Shown piece after piece: positions 20,094 to 28,928 of a stretch of DNA of 64,000 nucleotides. The stretch lies in the IMG/VR virus record IMGVR_UViG_3300045988_183453. One strand, 5' to 3'. Position 1 is the first letter of the stretch; every line of letters starts with the position of its first letter. This DNA is from a virus. The position numbers and the translations under genes are program-made. A model generated the notes under the pieces. It made no database searches and had not been told where the DNA came from. It saw only the letters and a list, made by a program, of their open reading frames with translations.

Positions 20094-21131
20094 TCAGGCG
20101 ACAGATGGGGTATCCGTTGCTGCGTCAAAGAGCAGTGTGCCTTCGCCGTTATAGCTTGCGTCGTTCAGAGCGGCGTAGATGTAGTCAATGAAATAGCCAT
20201 CATCACCATTGTAGGTGGACTTCATGGAGACAAGATTGCCGTTGTCATCATAGGTGTTCTCGAAGGTCTGTTCGAAGTTGCCCATCGTAGCATCTTTGCC
20301 CTGCTGTTTGGTCATATTACCATGCTCATCGTATTCGGTCGAGACCTCACTGCCCTGACCAAAATAATAAGTGGTCTTGTTGTCGCTCACGCGCTTGTGA
20401 TACACAATGTCATCTGCACCATCTTCGCTGACAGTCTCGATATACAGACTATCGACGTCCATCGTATCAAAGTCACGAGTCGTGGTTTGAACGCCACTGT
20501 CATTCGTGATGACCTCCGTAACAGGCAGCTCGTGGGTGTCATCATAGGTGTAGGCAGTGGAGTAGTTCAGATACTGCTCACCATCACTTACGGTGTAGGA
20601 CTCTTCGCTCAGTTTCCGGCCGTTGTCATCATAGGTATACTGGCACACGATGGAAGGATTGCCATCCTCATCATCGCGTTCAATCAGGTCCCCGTGGTCG
20701 TTAAAAACCTGAGTGTACAGATAGTTTTGCTCGCCATTGAGGTAGGAGGTCATTTTCAGGACATTGCCGTTCTCGTCCAGCTCTTTGATGATAACGGTGT
20801 CCATATCACTTGCTTTGTCGATTTCACGCATGAAAACCTCATTGCCGTTCTCATCGTACTTATGGACGGTAACAACGCCATCTTCATCATCAGCACTGTA
20901 GTGCATCGTCTCGGTGCTCAACAGCAGGTCCTCTGCAGCAGCTTCGTCTACATCAGTAACCTCGGAAGGCGCTTCCTTCGGCGTAGTCTCCTCAACCACA
21001 GAACTTTCAGCCGGGGCGGTAGAAGCTGCTTCGGACGAGGAAGCGGCAAGCTTCTGGGTAGCACATCCGGCAAGCATCAGGGCTGTGGCGGTTGCCATGG
21101 CAGCGGCAGCGGTCAAGTTTTTGTTTCTCAT
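20094..21131 (-). CDS. YD-repeat (RHS-like) lipoprotein
   Basis: Start MRNKNLTAAAAMATATALMLAGCAT with a lipobox, after the RBS GAAGGAGAA. Repeated YDENGN / YDDNGN YD-repeat units. The track ORF extends 36 aa upstream without an RBS. Confidence 0.6.
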   Translation of the reverse strand: MRNKNLTAAAAMATATALMLAGCATQKLAASSSEAASTAPAESSVVEETTPKEAPSEVTDVDEAAAEDLLLSTETMHYSADDEDGVVTVHKYDENGNEVFMREIDKASDMDTVIIKELDENGNVLKMTSYLNGEQNYLYTQVFNDHGDLIERDDEDGNPSIVCQYTYDDNGRKLSEESYTVSDGEQYLNYSTAYTYDDTHELPVTEVITNDSGVQTTTRDFDTMDVDSLYIETVSEDGADDIVYHKRVSDNKTTYYFGQGSEVSTEYDEHGNMTKQQGKDATMGNFEQTFENTYDDNGNLVSMKSTYNGDDGYFIDYIYAALNDASYNGEGTLLFDAATDTPSVA

Positions 21132-21289
21132 GTTCTTTCGTTCTCCTTCGTTTGGATAGTTTTTGCACAAATACTTCAATGTAGTATTTGTTGTACATCT
21201 CCTATTGTATCTGGCTCGCATATCCCGGCAAGCAAACAAGCATTACAAATTGGTAACCATTCGTGCAGCTACTGAAAAAATCGCGAAAT

Positions 21290-21425
21290 TTCTTCGATGA
21301 CTTCCGGTTGTAGTGTATTTGATTGGACTTCCAAATTCTATTTTATCCGCACATATTGCAACTTACGGTTGTATTTGCTATACTATTAACAACCAATTAC
21401 AACCAGCAGAACATAAATAACAACC
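21290..21425. promoter_or_regulatory. Repeated TACAACC(R)/CGGTTGTA motifs upstream of the Y-family polymerase
   Basis: ccggttgtagtgtatttg, acggttgtatttgc, aacaaccaattacaaccagc, aacaaccaac. Confidence 0.35.
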
Positions 21426-21458
21426 AACAGGTGTTGCAGCGGACGGAGGAGGCCAATC

Positions 21459-22760
21459 GTGGCGAGTGAACGAATCATTCTTCATTGTGACATGAATTGC
21501 TTTTATGCAAGCGTGGAGATGGCCTATAACCCAAAGCTGCAGGGGAAGCCGATTGCAGTATGTGGTGACCCGGAAAGGCGAAACGGCATTGTGTTGACTG
21601 CCTCGTATCCGGCCAAACGGATGGGCGTGAAAACCGGGATGGCACTCTGGGAAGCGCAGCAGCATTGCCGTGACATCATCTTTGTTCCGGCTCATTATGA
21701 CCTATATACCAGGTACAGTGGGTATACCAGAGAGATATTCCTCAGATACTCTGACATGGTCGAACCGTTTGGCTTGGATGAAGCATGGCTCGATTGTACC
21801 GCAAGCCGGTCTCTCTTTGGAAGCGGGGAAGAGATAGCCAAGAAAGTATCTGATACCGTGAAGAATGAACTGGGCATTACCTGTTCCATCGGAGTGAGCT
21901 GGAATAAAGTCTTTGCCAAGTTGGGGTCTGATTACAAGAAGCCAGATGCCACCACCGTTATATCAAGGTCAAACTGGAAAGATATCGTGTTCCCGCTGCC
22001 TGCCACGGACCTTCTGTATGTTGGGTCCAGAACGGGGAAAAAGTTATCAAGCTACTGTATCCATACAATCGGTGATTTGGCGACCGCCAATCCAAACTTT
22101 CTGAAAGAAAAATTCGGGAAAATCGGCCCGATGCTTTGGGGATTCGCCAATGGCCTTGACACGGGAGCAGTGGCGAAATACGAGGGAAGGGAAGCTCAGG
22201 TACCTATCAAGAGCATCGGAAACAGCTGGACAACGCCACGGGACTTGAAGACTAACCGGGATGTCTGGATTGTTATTTATCTGCTCGCGGAAAGTGTCGC
22301 TGCGCGGCTCAGAGAGAACCATTTCCGATGCCGAGGCGTAGAGGTGAGTCTCCGGGATTCCAGCCTTTTCTCTTTTGAGAGACAGTGCAAGCTCGGCCAG
22401 CCAACGATGCAGGAAAAGGATATTGCGGAGGCAGCTTACCAGCTGTATAAGAAGAACTACCGGTGGAGTGAGCACCTACGCTCAGTTGGCGTGCGTGCCA
22501 TTGACCTGCGGCCGGATACCGAGCCAAATCAGATATCTTTTGAGTACAGCGCCGAAAAGCAGGAAGAGACCGAGCGGCTTGAATCCGCGATTGACGGAAT
22601 ACGGAACCGATTCGGGTATTACTCTGTGCAGCGAGCCGTCATGTACAAAGACCGGTTTCTCTCTCATTGTGATGCAAAGGGAGACCATACGATTCACCCA
22701 CATGGGTATTTACAGGGAAGCACAGGGGAGCATCTAATCTATGTCAGAACCAAGAATTAA
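21459..22760 (+). CDS. Y-family DNA polymerase (UmuC/DinB-like)
   Basis: N-terminal ILHCDMNCFYASVE, the DxDxFFAxVE signature; 433 aa. Confidence 0.85.
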   Translation: MASERIILHCDMNCFYASVEMAYNPKLQGKPIAVCGDPERRNGIVLTASYPAKRMGVKTGMALWEAQQHCRDIIFVPAHYDLYTRYSGYTREIFLRYSDMVEPFGLDEAWLDCTASRSLFGSGEEIAKKVSDTVKNELGITCSIGVSWNKVFAKLGSDYKKPDATTVISRSNWKDIVFPLPATDLLYVGSRTGKKLSSYCIHTIGDLATANPNFLKEKFGKIGPMLWGFANGLDTGAVAKYEGREAQVPIKSIGNSWTTPRDLKTNRDVWIVIYLLAESVAARLRENHFRCRGVEVSLRDSSLFSFERQCKLGQPTMQEKDIAEAAYQLYKKNYRWSEHLRSVGVRAIDLRPDTEPNQISFEYSAEKQEETERLESAIDGIRNRFGYYSVQRAVMYKDRFLSHCDAKGDHTIHPHGYLQGSTGEHLIYVRTKN

Positions 22761-23013
22761 GAAATATGTCGAGGTCATTGCCGATTTCTCTCCTGAAGGC
22801 ATTTTGACACCGCAGACAGTCATCTGGGACACGGGCCAGAGATTCGATATCACCTGCATCTCGGAAGTGTTGCCCCGGAAATACTCGAAAACTGGCGGAG
22901 TAGGAGTTCGCTATGCCTGCCAGATAGGAAGAGCCAAAACATATCTGTTCTTTGAGGAGGACAGGTGGTTCGTGGAAGCAAAGGAAAATGCTGCAGCCGG
23001 AGACCCCTGCTAA
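22741..23013 (+). CDS. Small protein downstream of Y-polymerase, possible YolD-like accessory
   Basis: 90 aa overlapping the polymerase gene. Called from position and size only. Confidence 0.35.
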   Translation: MSEPRIKKYVEVIADFSPEGILTPQTVIWDTGQRFDITCISEVLPRKYSKTGGVGVRYACQIGRAKTYLFFEEDRWFVEAKENAAAGDPC

Positions 23014-23399
23014 AAATCGAAGAAATAATCGCCCGTCAAGACTCCACCAACTTCCATGGTCGAGTTTGGGTCGGGCTTGCAACCAGATTTGCAGCAGAAT
23101 GACTCCATTTCGGGCGTCAACACAGATTGGATAATAATGCGGTGTACGCCGTTTTCTTCGCAGATTTTCTTTAAGGCAAAAAGTATCGCTGTCATCGTAC
23201 CACAACGTTTGTGAGCAAACTCAACGCGAGAAAGAACCAATGCAAAATTTCCAAGGAAAGCAACACGCAGCTCATTTTCCCCGTCGCTAGAAGTAATCCA
23301 AATAGTACGCATACTGTTGGAAACACTGCAATGACAGTCTTGCTTGCTCTCGATAGTATCTACAAGTTGTTGTATTTGCTCTTTCGTAAGCTCAAGCAT
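23010..23399 (-). CDS. Hypothetical protein, possible GNAT-fold
   Basis: Start MLELTKEQ chosen after the RBS GGAGG; the track start is an upstream TTG. Weak GNAT-like core (HKRCGTMTAIL…). Confidence 0.35.
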   Translation of the reverse strand: MLELTKEQIQQLVDTIESKQDCHCSVSNSMRTIWITSSDGENELRVAFLGNFALVLSRVEFAHKRCGTMTAILFALKKICEENGVHRIIIQSVLTPEMESFCCKSGCKPDPNSTMEVGGVLTGDYFFDF

Positions 23400-23494
23400 A
23401 CCTAAAGCCTCCATCATTTTTTGGTTGTAAAAATTATACCACAAACAGTGTCAAGCAGACGAAGTGATTTTGCAACGAAAGGAGAAGAAACAAG

Positions 23495-24025
23495 GTGAAT
23501 AGCAAATACCGAGAGCAAACCTGCTGCTTTGTTGGGCACAAGGATATCCCACCGGGCGAGCAGCTCAAAATATTGGCCAGGGTGGAACACCGGCTTATTC
23601 CACTTATCCAGCAGGGAGTCACTTACTTTGGTATCGGCGGTTCTTTAGGTTTTGATACTCTTATGGCGGATATGCTGGTTTCGTTGAAAGCAGCACATCC
23701 CCGAATTCGCGTTATTGAGGTTTTGCCTTTTGAGGGATACCGTTCTAAATGGAGCTTAGAACAGCAGCGGCATGCCGAGAAAATAGACAAGCAGGTAGAC
23801 AAAATAGTATATGCTGCGAAAGAACCAGGCAGGGGAGTATACCTTCTAAGAGACCGACATCTAGTCGATTACTCTGCTTATTGTATCTCCTATTGCACAA
23901 GGACTACCGGCGGCACGGCATATACGGTGAAATACGCTCTGGAACACGGCATAACGGTGTACAACGCCTCCAGTTTCGATGTGAGCGCCTTGCTTCAGGC
24001 CCGACCGCTTGCGAAGAACGGATGA
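23495..24025 (+). CDS. DUF1273/SLOG-family (YoqJ-like) protein
   Basis: CCFVGHKDIP … GIGGSLGFD … TGGTAYT. Rossmann-like SLOG pattern, common in prophages and plasmids. Confidence 0.55.
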   Translation: MNSKYREQTCCFVGHKDIPPGEQLKILARVEHRLIPLIQQGVTYFGIGGSLGFDTLMADMLVSLKAAHPRIRVIEVLPFEGYRSKWSLEQQRHAEKIDKQVDKIVYAAKEPGRGVYLLRDRHLVDYSAYCISYCTRTTGGTAYTVKYALEHGITVYNASSFDVSALLQARPLAKNG

Positions 24026-24106
24026 AAAAGCGCCCTTGCACAAAACATGAGGGAGATTTCCTGGCGTTTGGAAAAAGCACCCCTATGACTTTGAGCTTTG
24101 CCGCAC

Positions 24107-24145
24107 AAAAAGCGAGCCTCCGCTCTTTGGCGGGGGCTCTTCTTG
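24107..24145 (+). terminator. Rho-independent terminator
   Basis: gagcctccgctctttggcgggggctc followed by ttcttgtattc. Confidence 0.5.
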
Positions 24146-24279
24146 TATTCTCAAAAACGTTGAATTCAATTTCACTGAATTCCGATTCAGCATTATTTGG
24201 CGTGGCTCAGCTTGGCCCGGTAGCACGATACCATGGCGGCCGAACACAATGATTCTCCAGAACGGAATTCTCGACATTC

Positions 24280-24298
24280 GGTGCGAATCGTATATAAT
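24280..24298 (+). promoter_or_regulatory. Promoter carrying the element-wide spacer motif (GGTGCGAATCGTATATAAT)
   Basis: TCGACA-N16-TATAAT with GTGCGAATCG in the spacer. Confidence 0.55.
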
Positions 24299-24330
24299 CT
24301 AAATAATAAAACAGTATAGGAATATAGCTA

Positions 24331-24372
24331 AGCCGCCAAGCGAGTGAAATCGTTTGGTGGCTTTTCTTTTTG
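24331..24372 (+). terminator. Terminator closing a short RNA about 65 nt from promoter 24280
   Basis: gccgccaagcgagtgaaatcgtttggtggc followed by TTTTCTTTTT. The tail GGTGGCTTTTCTTTTTG recurs at 16095 and 47440. Confidence 0.5.
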
Positions 24373-24395
24373 CTACGGAAAAGTAGACATTGTAC

Positions 24396-24470
24396 TTGTC
24401 ATGAGCTTGTTGCATACTTGCTACGAACTTGCTAAAAACTTGCTAAGCACTTGCTACGCTTCACCTCGAA
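24396..24470 (+). repeat. Iteron-like direct repeats ACTTGCTA (4 perfect copies plus 2 degenerate) at 10-11 bp spacing
   Basis: acttgtcatg agcttgttgcat acttgctacg aacttgctaaa aacttgctaag cacttgctacg. The last repeat forms a hairpin with gcaagt, followed by T9. Confidence 0.6.
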
Positions 24471-24978
24471 GCAAGTTCATTTTTTTTTGCGCGAAAGAAT
24501 ATCGGATAAGTGACGCTTCCTACTCGTATGACCGAAAGAAAACATGCAAAGACTCTACCATTCTGGTAGGGCTTTTTTGCTGCCCAAAAAGTTGGAAAAA
24601 TGTCGCAAGCGAGCCGCTGAAACCTCGGAATTTTGTCGCAGCCTTTCCGAATATGAGATGTATCTCACAAAAGCGAAATGCGCTGCTTCGTATCTGTGGT
24701 GAGACAATCGGAACAGGCGAATAGCAAAATCTCAGCTGCCGCAAATGCTGTCAAGTTCAAATCACAACTCCCAAAAGTTTCGTTTGGGAAAGCCTGCATT
24801 AAAAGTTTCGTTCTGGAAAATGCAGAGGGGAAAGGAAAATGCCGAAGCATATATGCACTGATTTTCTTCTTGCTATTTGTGCAATCCGCTCAAATTGGCG
24901 ATAAATATTCCCAAAATAAATAAGTCAAAGTGCTTTTGGTGTATAATGGCTCTGACAAACAGAAAAAAGGAGAACACT

Positions 24979-26061
24979 ATGAAAAAGGTTGTATCATTAG
25001 CACTTTCGACTTTGCTCGTCCTCTCGTTGGCTGCCTGCGGCAAGGCGAATAGTTCCGCTGCAACAGCCGCAAGTGAATCCAAGTCAAGTGCTTCGTCAAA
25101 TAGCACTTCCAATAGCACGCAAGATTACAGCCCTGACGGGATTAAAGTAGGAGAGACATATACTACAGAAGACGGCAAAACATATGAAAGGGTGTGGAAC
25201 GGCACAGGCAGCGATTTACCTACGCCGTCCCCCGAACCCAAAATTACATACGATAATGATTTCCAGGCACAGACACTTGTTGATAATGAAGAATGCACCA
25301 TTATCTTGCAGAGCGTTGGTTACGATGATGATTACGGCTATTATTGGAAGCTTTATTTCAAGAATAAGACATCAGATAAAAAACTCGGTTACTCGTTTGA
25401 TGACTGCACATTGAATGGCGTGGGTGCGAGCCTTTGGCTTACGAGTGTTGAACCTGGTCAAGAGGAAACGGAGATTCATCATTGGGAAAGTTCCGGGCTT
25501 AAAATTTATAACATCAATCCGCAGGATATCAATACGGTAAGTTTTTATCTCGATGTCTATAACGAATTAGATTATGATGTTATCCCACGGCATGACTTTG
25601 TTGATGACGATTTCGTGGTTTATCCAAAAGGGGAAGAAAACGCAACCGAGCCAAAGCATGAAACCCAACCCACAGACCTCGTACTGGTTGATAATGACGC
25701 TTGCGCCCTGATGATTTGTGGATTTGACCCCAACGGCCTACACGGTTATACGGCCAAAGCTTACATAGAAAACAAGACGGATAAAGAAATCATGTTTGCC
25801 TTTAGAAGCGGAGGCTCTATAAACGGTTTTGAGTGCTTCCCTGAAACAGATACAATGGGAATTGATGCGCACACTAATGCCTATGTAGACATCTACTATT
25901 ACGATTATTTAGATACTTATGAGGCCAACGGTAAAGACCCCACCTCTGTCACCGAAATGGTGATGCCAATCGTTATAAACAATTCCAGCACTCGGGACAT
26001 CTATGTAGATGAGACTTTCACTATTAACCCTCAGACAAATTCCGTGACAACATCGGAATAA
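24979..26061 (+). CDS. Lipoprotein, paralog A (internally duplicated domain)
   Basis: MKKVVSLALSTLLVLSLAACG lipobox with RBS AAAAGGAG. Two internal repeats (…CTIILQSVGYDDDYGYYWK… and …ACALMICGFDPNGLHGYTAKAY…). Confidence 0.7.
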   Translation: MKKVVSLALSTLLVLSLAACGKANSSAATAASESKSSASSNSTSNSTQDYSPDGIKVGETYTTEDGKTYERVWNGTGSDLPTPSPEPKITYDNDFQAQTLVDNEECTIILQSVGYDDDYGYYWKLYFKNKTSDKKLGYSFDDCTLNGVGASLWLTSVEPGQEETEIHHWESSGLKIYNINPQDINTVSFYLDVYNELDYDVIPRHDFVDDDFVVYPKGEENATEPKHETQPTDLVLVDNDACALMICGFDPNGLHGYTAKAYIENKTDKEIMFAFRSGGSINGFECFPETDTMGIDAHTNAYVDIYYYDYLDTYEANGKDPTSVTEMVMPIVINNSSTRDIYVDETFTINPQTNSVTTSE

Positions 26062-26218
26062 TTTGACGCCCTCCTGCGATTAAAATTATTAACTTTCCCG
26101 GGCTTCGTTTGCAACTTTGTAAGTAAAGGTTTCGTTCTGGGAAAACACGGTGGAAAAGTAAAATGTCGAAGCGCTTTTGATGTATAATAGCCTTATACAA
26201 AGAAAAAAGGAGAAAATC

Positions 26219-27241
26219 ATGAAAAAGGTTGTATCATTAGCACTTTCGGCTTTGCTTGTACTTTCCCTGGCCGCCTGTAGCAGCTCTAACACTACCAGTA
26301 CTGCTGCCAGCAGTGCAGCTACATCTGATGCTGCATCCTCCGAGGAAAGCACCAGCGACTCTTCAACGAGTACTGCAAGTAGTGCTGCCGATAATGCAAC
26401 GGCTGAACCCGACATCCAGTTCGATGAGAGCTTCCAGCCACAGACGATTGCCGACAACGATACCTGTACCATCATCTTGCAGAACGTGGGTTATGATGAC
26501 AGCTATGGCTACTACTGGACCGTTGATTTCCAAAATAAAACGGATGACAAAACTCTTTGCGCTATCACAAGCAGCTCGTCCTTGAATGGAATCCCGGCAG
26601 ATACCAGTTGGTTCCCGGAAATTGGACCAGGAGTGAAAACCACCGAGGTCGTTTCGTGGGATAAAGCAGGACTGGAAATCTATGGAGTGAAACCGCAAGA
26701 CATCGATACCGTCAAACTTCACATCGATGTCTATGATGAAGCAGAATGGGATGTGTCGAATCGTGATGACCCTGTCGATGATGACTTTGTGATTTATCCG
26801 AAAGGTGAAGAGAAAGCGACAGAACCAAAACACGAGATTCAGCCCACGGATATTGTGCTGTTCGACAATAATGCCTGCAGCATGGTCGTTTGCGGATTTT
26901 ATTCTGATAGTTTCATGGGCTATACGGCAAAAGCCTACTACGAAAACAAAACCAACGACCGTATCAATGTCATTCTGGACAAAGGCTCTATCAATGGTTT
27001 TGAGTGTACCCCGGAAGGGACAACGCTGCTGGAACCACATTCTAACGCCTATATTGATATTCGTTGGCAGGAATATGCCGAAACCTACGCAGAAAATGGC
27101 AATGACCCAACATCCATCACAGAAATTGTAATGCCAGTTTTTGTGAGAAAAGACACAGGGAGCAATACGGTATACATTGACGCCACTTATTCCATTGACC
27201 CACAAGCAAGAACAGCAACGCCGATAGTGAATCCCCAATGA
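26219..27241 (+). CDS. Lipoprotein, paralog B of 24979..26061
   Basis: MKKVVSLALSALLVLSLAAC. Motifs colinear with paralog A (CTIILQNVGYDDSYGYYW, DFVIYPKGEEKATEPKHEIQPTD); the upstream ~100 bp is also duplicated. Confidence 0.7.
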   Translation: MKKVVSLALSALLVLSLAACSSSNTTSTAASSAATSDAASSEESTSDSSTSTASSAADNATAEPDIQFDESFQPQTIADNDTCTIILQNVGYDDSYGYYWTVDFQNKTDDKTLCAITSSSSLNGIPADTSWFPEIGPGVKTTEVVSWDKAGLEIYGVKPQDIDTVKLHIDVYDEAEWDVSNRDDPVDDDFVIYPKGEEKATEPKHEIQPTDIVLFDNNACSMVVCGFYSDSFMGYTAKAYYENKTNDRINVILDKGSINGFECTPEGTTLLEPHSNAYIDIRWQEYAETYAENGNDPTSITEIVMPVFVRKDTGSNTVYIDATYSIDPQARTATPIVNPQ

Positions 27242-27353
27242 TAGCCGCATAATTTTCCAAAGCCAAAAAAATTCTTGGGAAAACAGCAAAACTTTTCTGA
27301 GTTCAAAAAACTTTTAGTATTTTTGGGAAAAGTTTTCTGGAACGGAAAATATT

Positions 27354-27395
27354 AAAGCGCTCACCATCTTCGGTGGGCGCTTTCGTGTTTATTCT
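27354..27395. terminator. Bidirectional terminator
   Basis: aaagcgctcaccatcttcggtgggcgcttt with T-rich flanks on both strands. Confidence 0.55.
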
Positions 27396-28918
27396 TCAGT
27401 TTTCTTTTTCAGCCACTGCCTTCTAACGAACGGCGTTACATAGGTTTCATCACTCTTCAGCTCATAGCCATAGCTTTCAGCTATCAGGATGGCACGTTCG
27501 CTTGCTTTCTGTCCGGCAGGCAGATGGCGAATGAAACCATTGATGTTTTTGGACGAAGCATCATATTTGGACTTGTCGAACACCCGCAGCGGCTCGTCGT
27601 CATCATTGCCTTTCTTGCGATAATCGCGGGGCTTTCCGCCAATCATCAGACAACGAATCCCGAATGGAGTATCCGCGTGTGTCACAAACGAAGACCGGAA
27701 CGACGCATCAGTGGGCAGGACATCCGGCAAATCACAGGCGAGAGAAGTGTACAGCCAGAGAATCAGATTCGTGACGCTGTCAACCAGCTCTGGAAATTGA
27801 GCCCGGTCAGTCAAAATATAAAACCACTCGGTGCTTGTGTTATAGTATCCGGCCAGGTCACCAAACTTGGTTACGATTTTATACAGACACACAATCTCGT
27901 TGTCGCGGCAAGTCTCTTTCAGCTTAATTTCCTGTATCAGCTGGCAGGCATCAAACTGAAACAATGCACCGTTGGCGGGAAGAGTTCTGCGGCGATGGTG
28001 CAGCGTATCTTTCAGAAACTCTGTCGTATATTTGGGTGAGATGGGCTTTGGCCACCAGGACCACATGTTCGGAGTATTCTCAATCAGCGGCTTGTCCGGC
28101 AGCATGTCCACGGTATACTCGTTCACATAGGTAGCCATCGAAAGGACTGTGTTCGTATACAAATGTGAGAGCAAAGCGAGGTTGTTGATGCTGTCGAAGT
28201 CGGCAACGCCCTCATAACCATAACGCTTATAGTACGAAAAGACCATATCCAAGCGTCTGTCTTCAGAAATCTGAGATTCACATTTGTCGTATGGCCGATT
28301 GTTGAAAAGAGCATCACTATAATAGACAGGAACATCGGCGAGGGGATAGGGGTCCCGGATGATGATTGGCTCGTTCTCAGTTGAGATACCGACAATGTTG
28401 TTCACAATATCGAATTCCTGAGGCTTGAGGTATTCGCTCCCCTGCATCAGCATATCGATTACCGCGTACAGGACAGAATCATTACGTTCCACATTTCCGT
28501 CAATGGTCAAACCTAAATGAACGCATTCCTGCGCATAAGCAATAGCCTTAAAATACAAAGCATAGTCCTTATTCTTCTTGATGGGCTTTGTGAGCTCCTG
28601 CAAGAACCGATGATATCCCTTGATGAATTTATCAGAGTTCGCCATGGCAAGCTCTACCTGAGAGCTGACGGCCTCAATGATGGGTTTGCACTCCTCAGCT
28701 TCACGGACCAGGTGAAAGAGGAAAGTAGATGCTTTCCCAAAATCCATGTCATGCAATGTCGTCGCAACCTGGCAAGCGCTGGACAGGGTTCTTCTCTGAA
28801 ATACCCAGATAGACTCGCCTTTGCTCCGATACTTCTTATCCCATACCGGTGCGTATTTATCGACTAAGGCATTACCGAAATCTTCCTGCACTGCCAAAAC
28901 ACCATTTTCGTTCTGCAC
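27389..28918 (-). CDS. Hypothetical protein (509 aa)
   Basis: Long ORF, last in a 3-gene minus-strand operon; no motif recognised. Confidence 0.55.
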   Translation of the reverse strand: MQNENGVLAVQEDFGNALVDKYAPVWDKKYRSKGESIWVFQRRTLSSACQVATTLHDMDFGKASTFLFHLVREAEECKPIIEAVSSQVELAMANSDKFIKGYHRFLQELTKPIKKNKDYALYFKAIAYAQECVHLGLTIDGNVERNDSVLYAVIDMLMQGSEYLKPQEFDIVNNIVGISTENEPIIIRDPYPLADVPVYYSDALFNNRPYDKCESQISEDRRLDMVFSYYKRYGYEGVADFDSINNLALLSHLYTNTVLSMATYVNEYTVDMLPDKPLIENTPNMWSWWPKPISPKYTTEFLKDTLHHRRRTLPANGALFQFDACQLIQEIKLKETCRDNEIVCLYKIVTKFGDLAGYYNTSTEWFYILTDRAQFPELVDSVTNLILWLYTSLACDLPDVLPTDASFRSSFVTHADTPFGIRCLMIGGKPRDYRKKGNDDDEPLRVFDKSKYDASSKNINGFIRHLPAGQKASERAILIAESYGYELKSDETYVTPFVRRQWLKKKTEE

Positions 28919-28928
28919 AGTATCCTCC

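Noticed and set aside
21290-21425. LexA/SOS box upstream of the Y-family polymerase.
   Set aside because: No GAAC-N4-GTTC-type palindrome is present. Only the TACAACC repeats are, so they are reported as an unknown operator instead.
24344-24923. ORFs 24344..24724 (+), 24520..24744 (-) and 24678..24923 (+) in the 24.0-25.0 kb gap.
   Set aside because: Low-complexity, Cys/Phe-rich translations across iterons, poly-T tracts and terminators, with no RBS. The region is better explained as non-coding (iterons, short RNAs, promoter).
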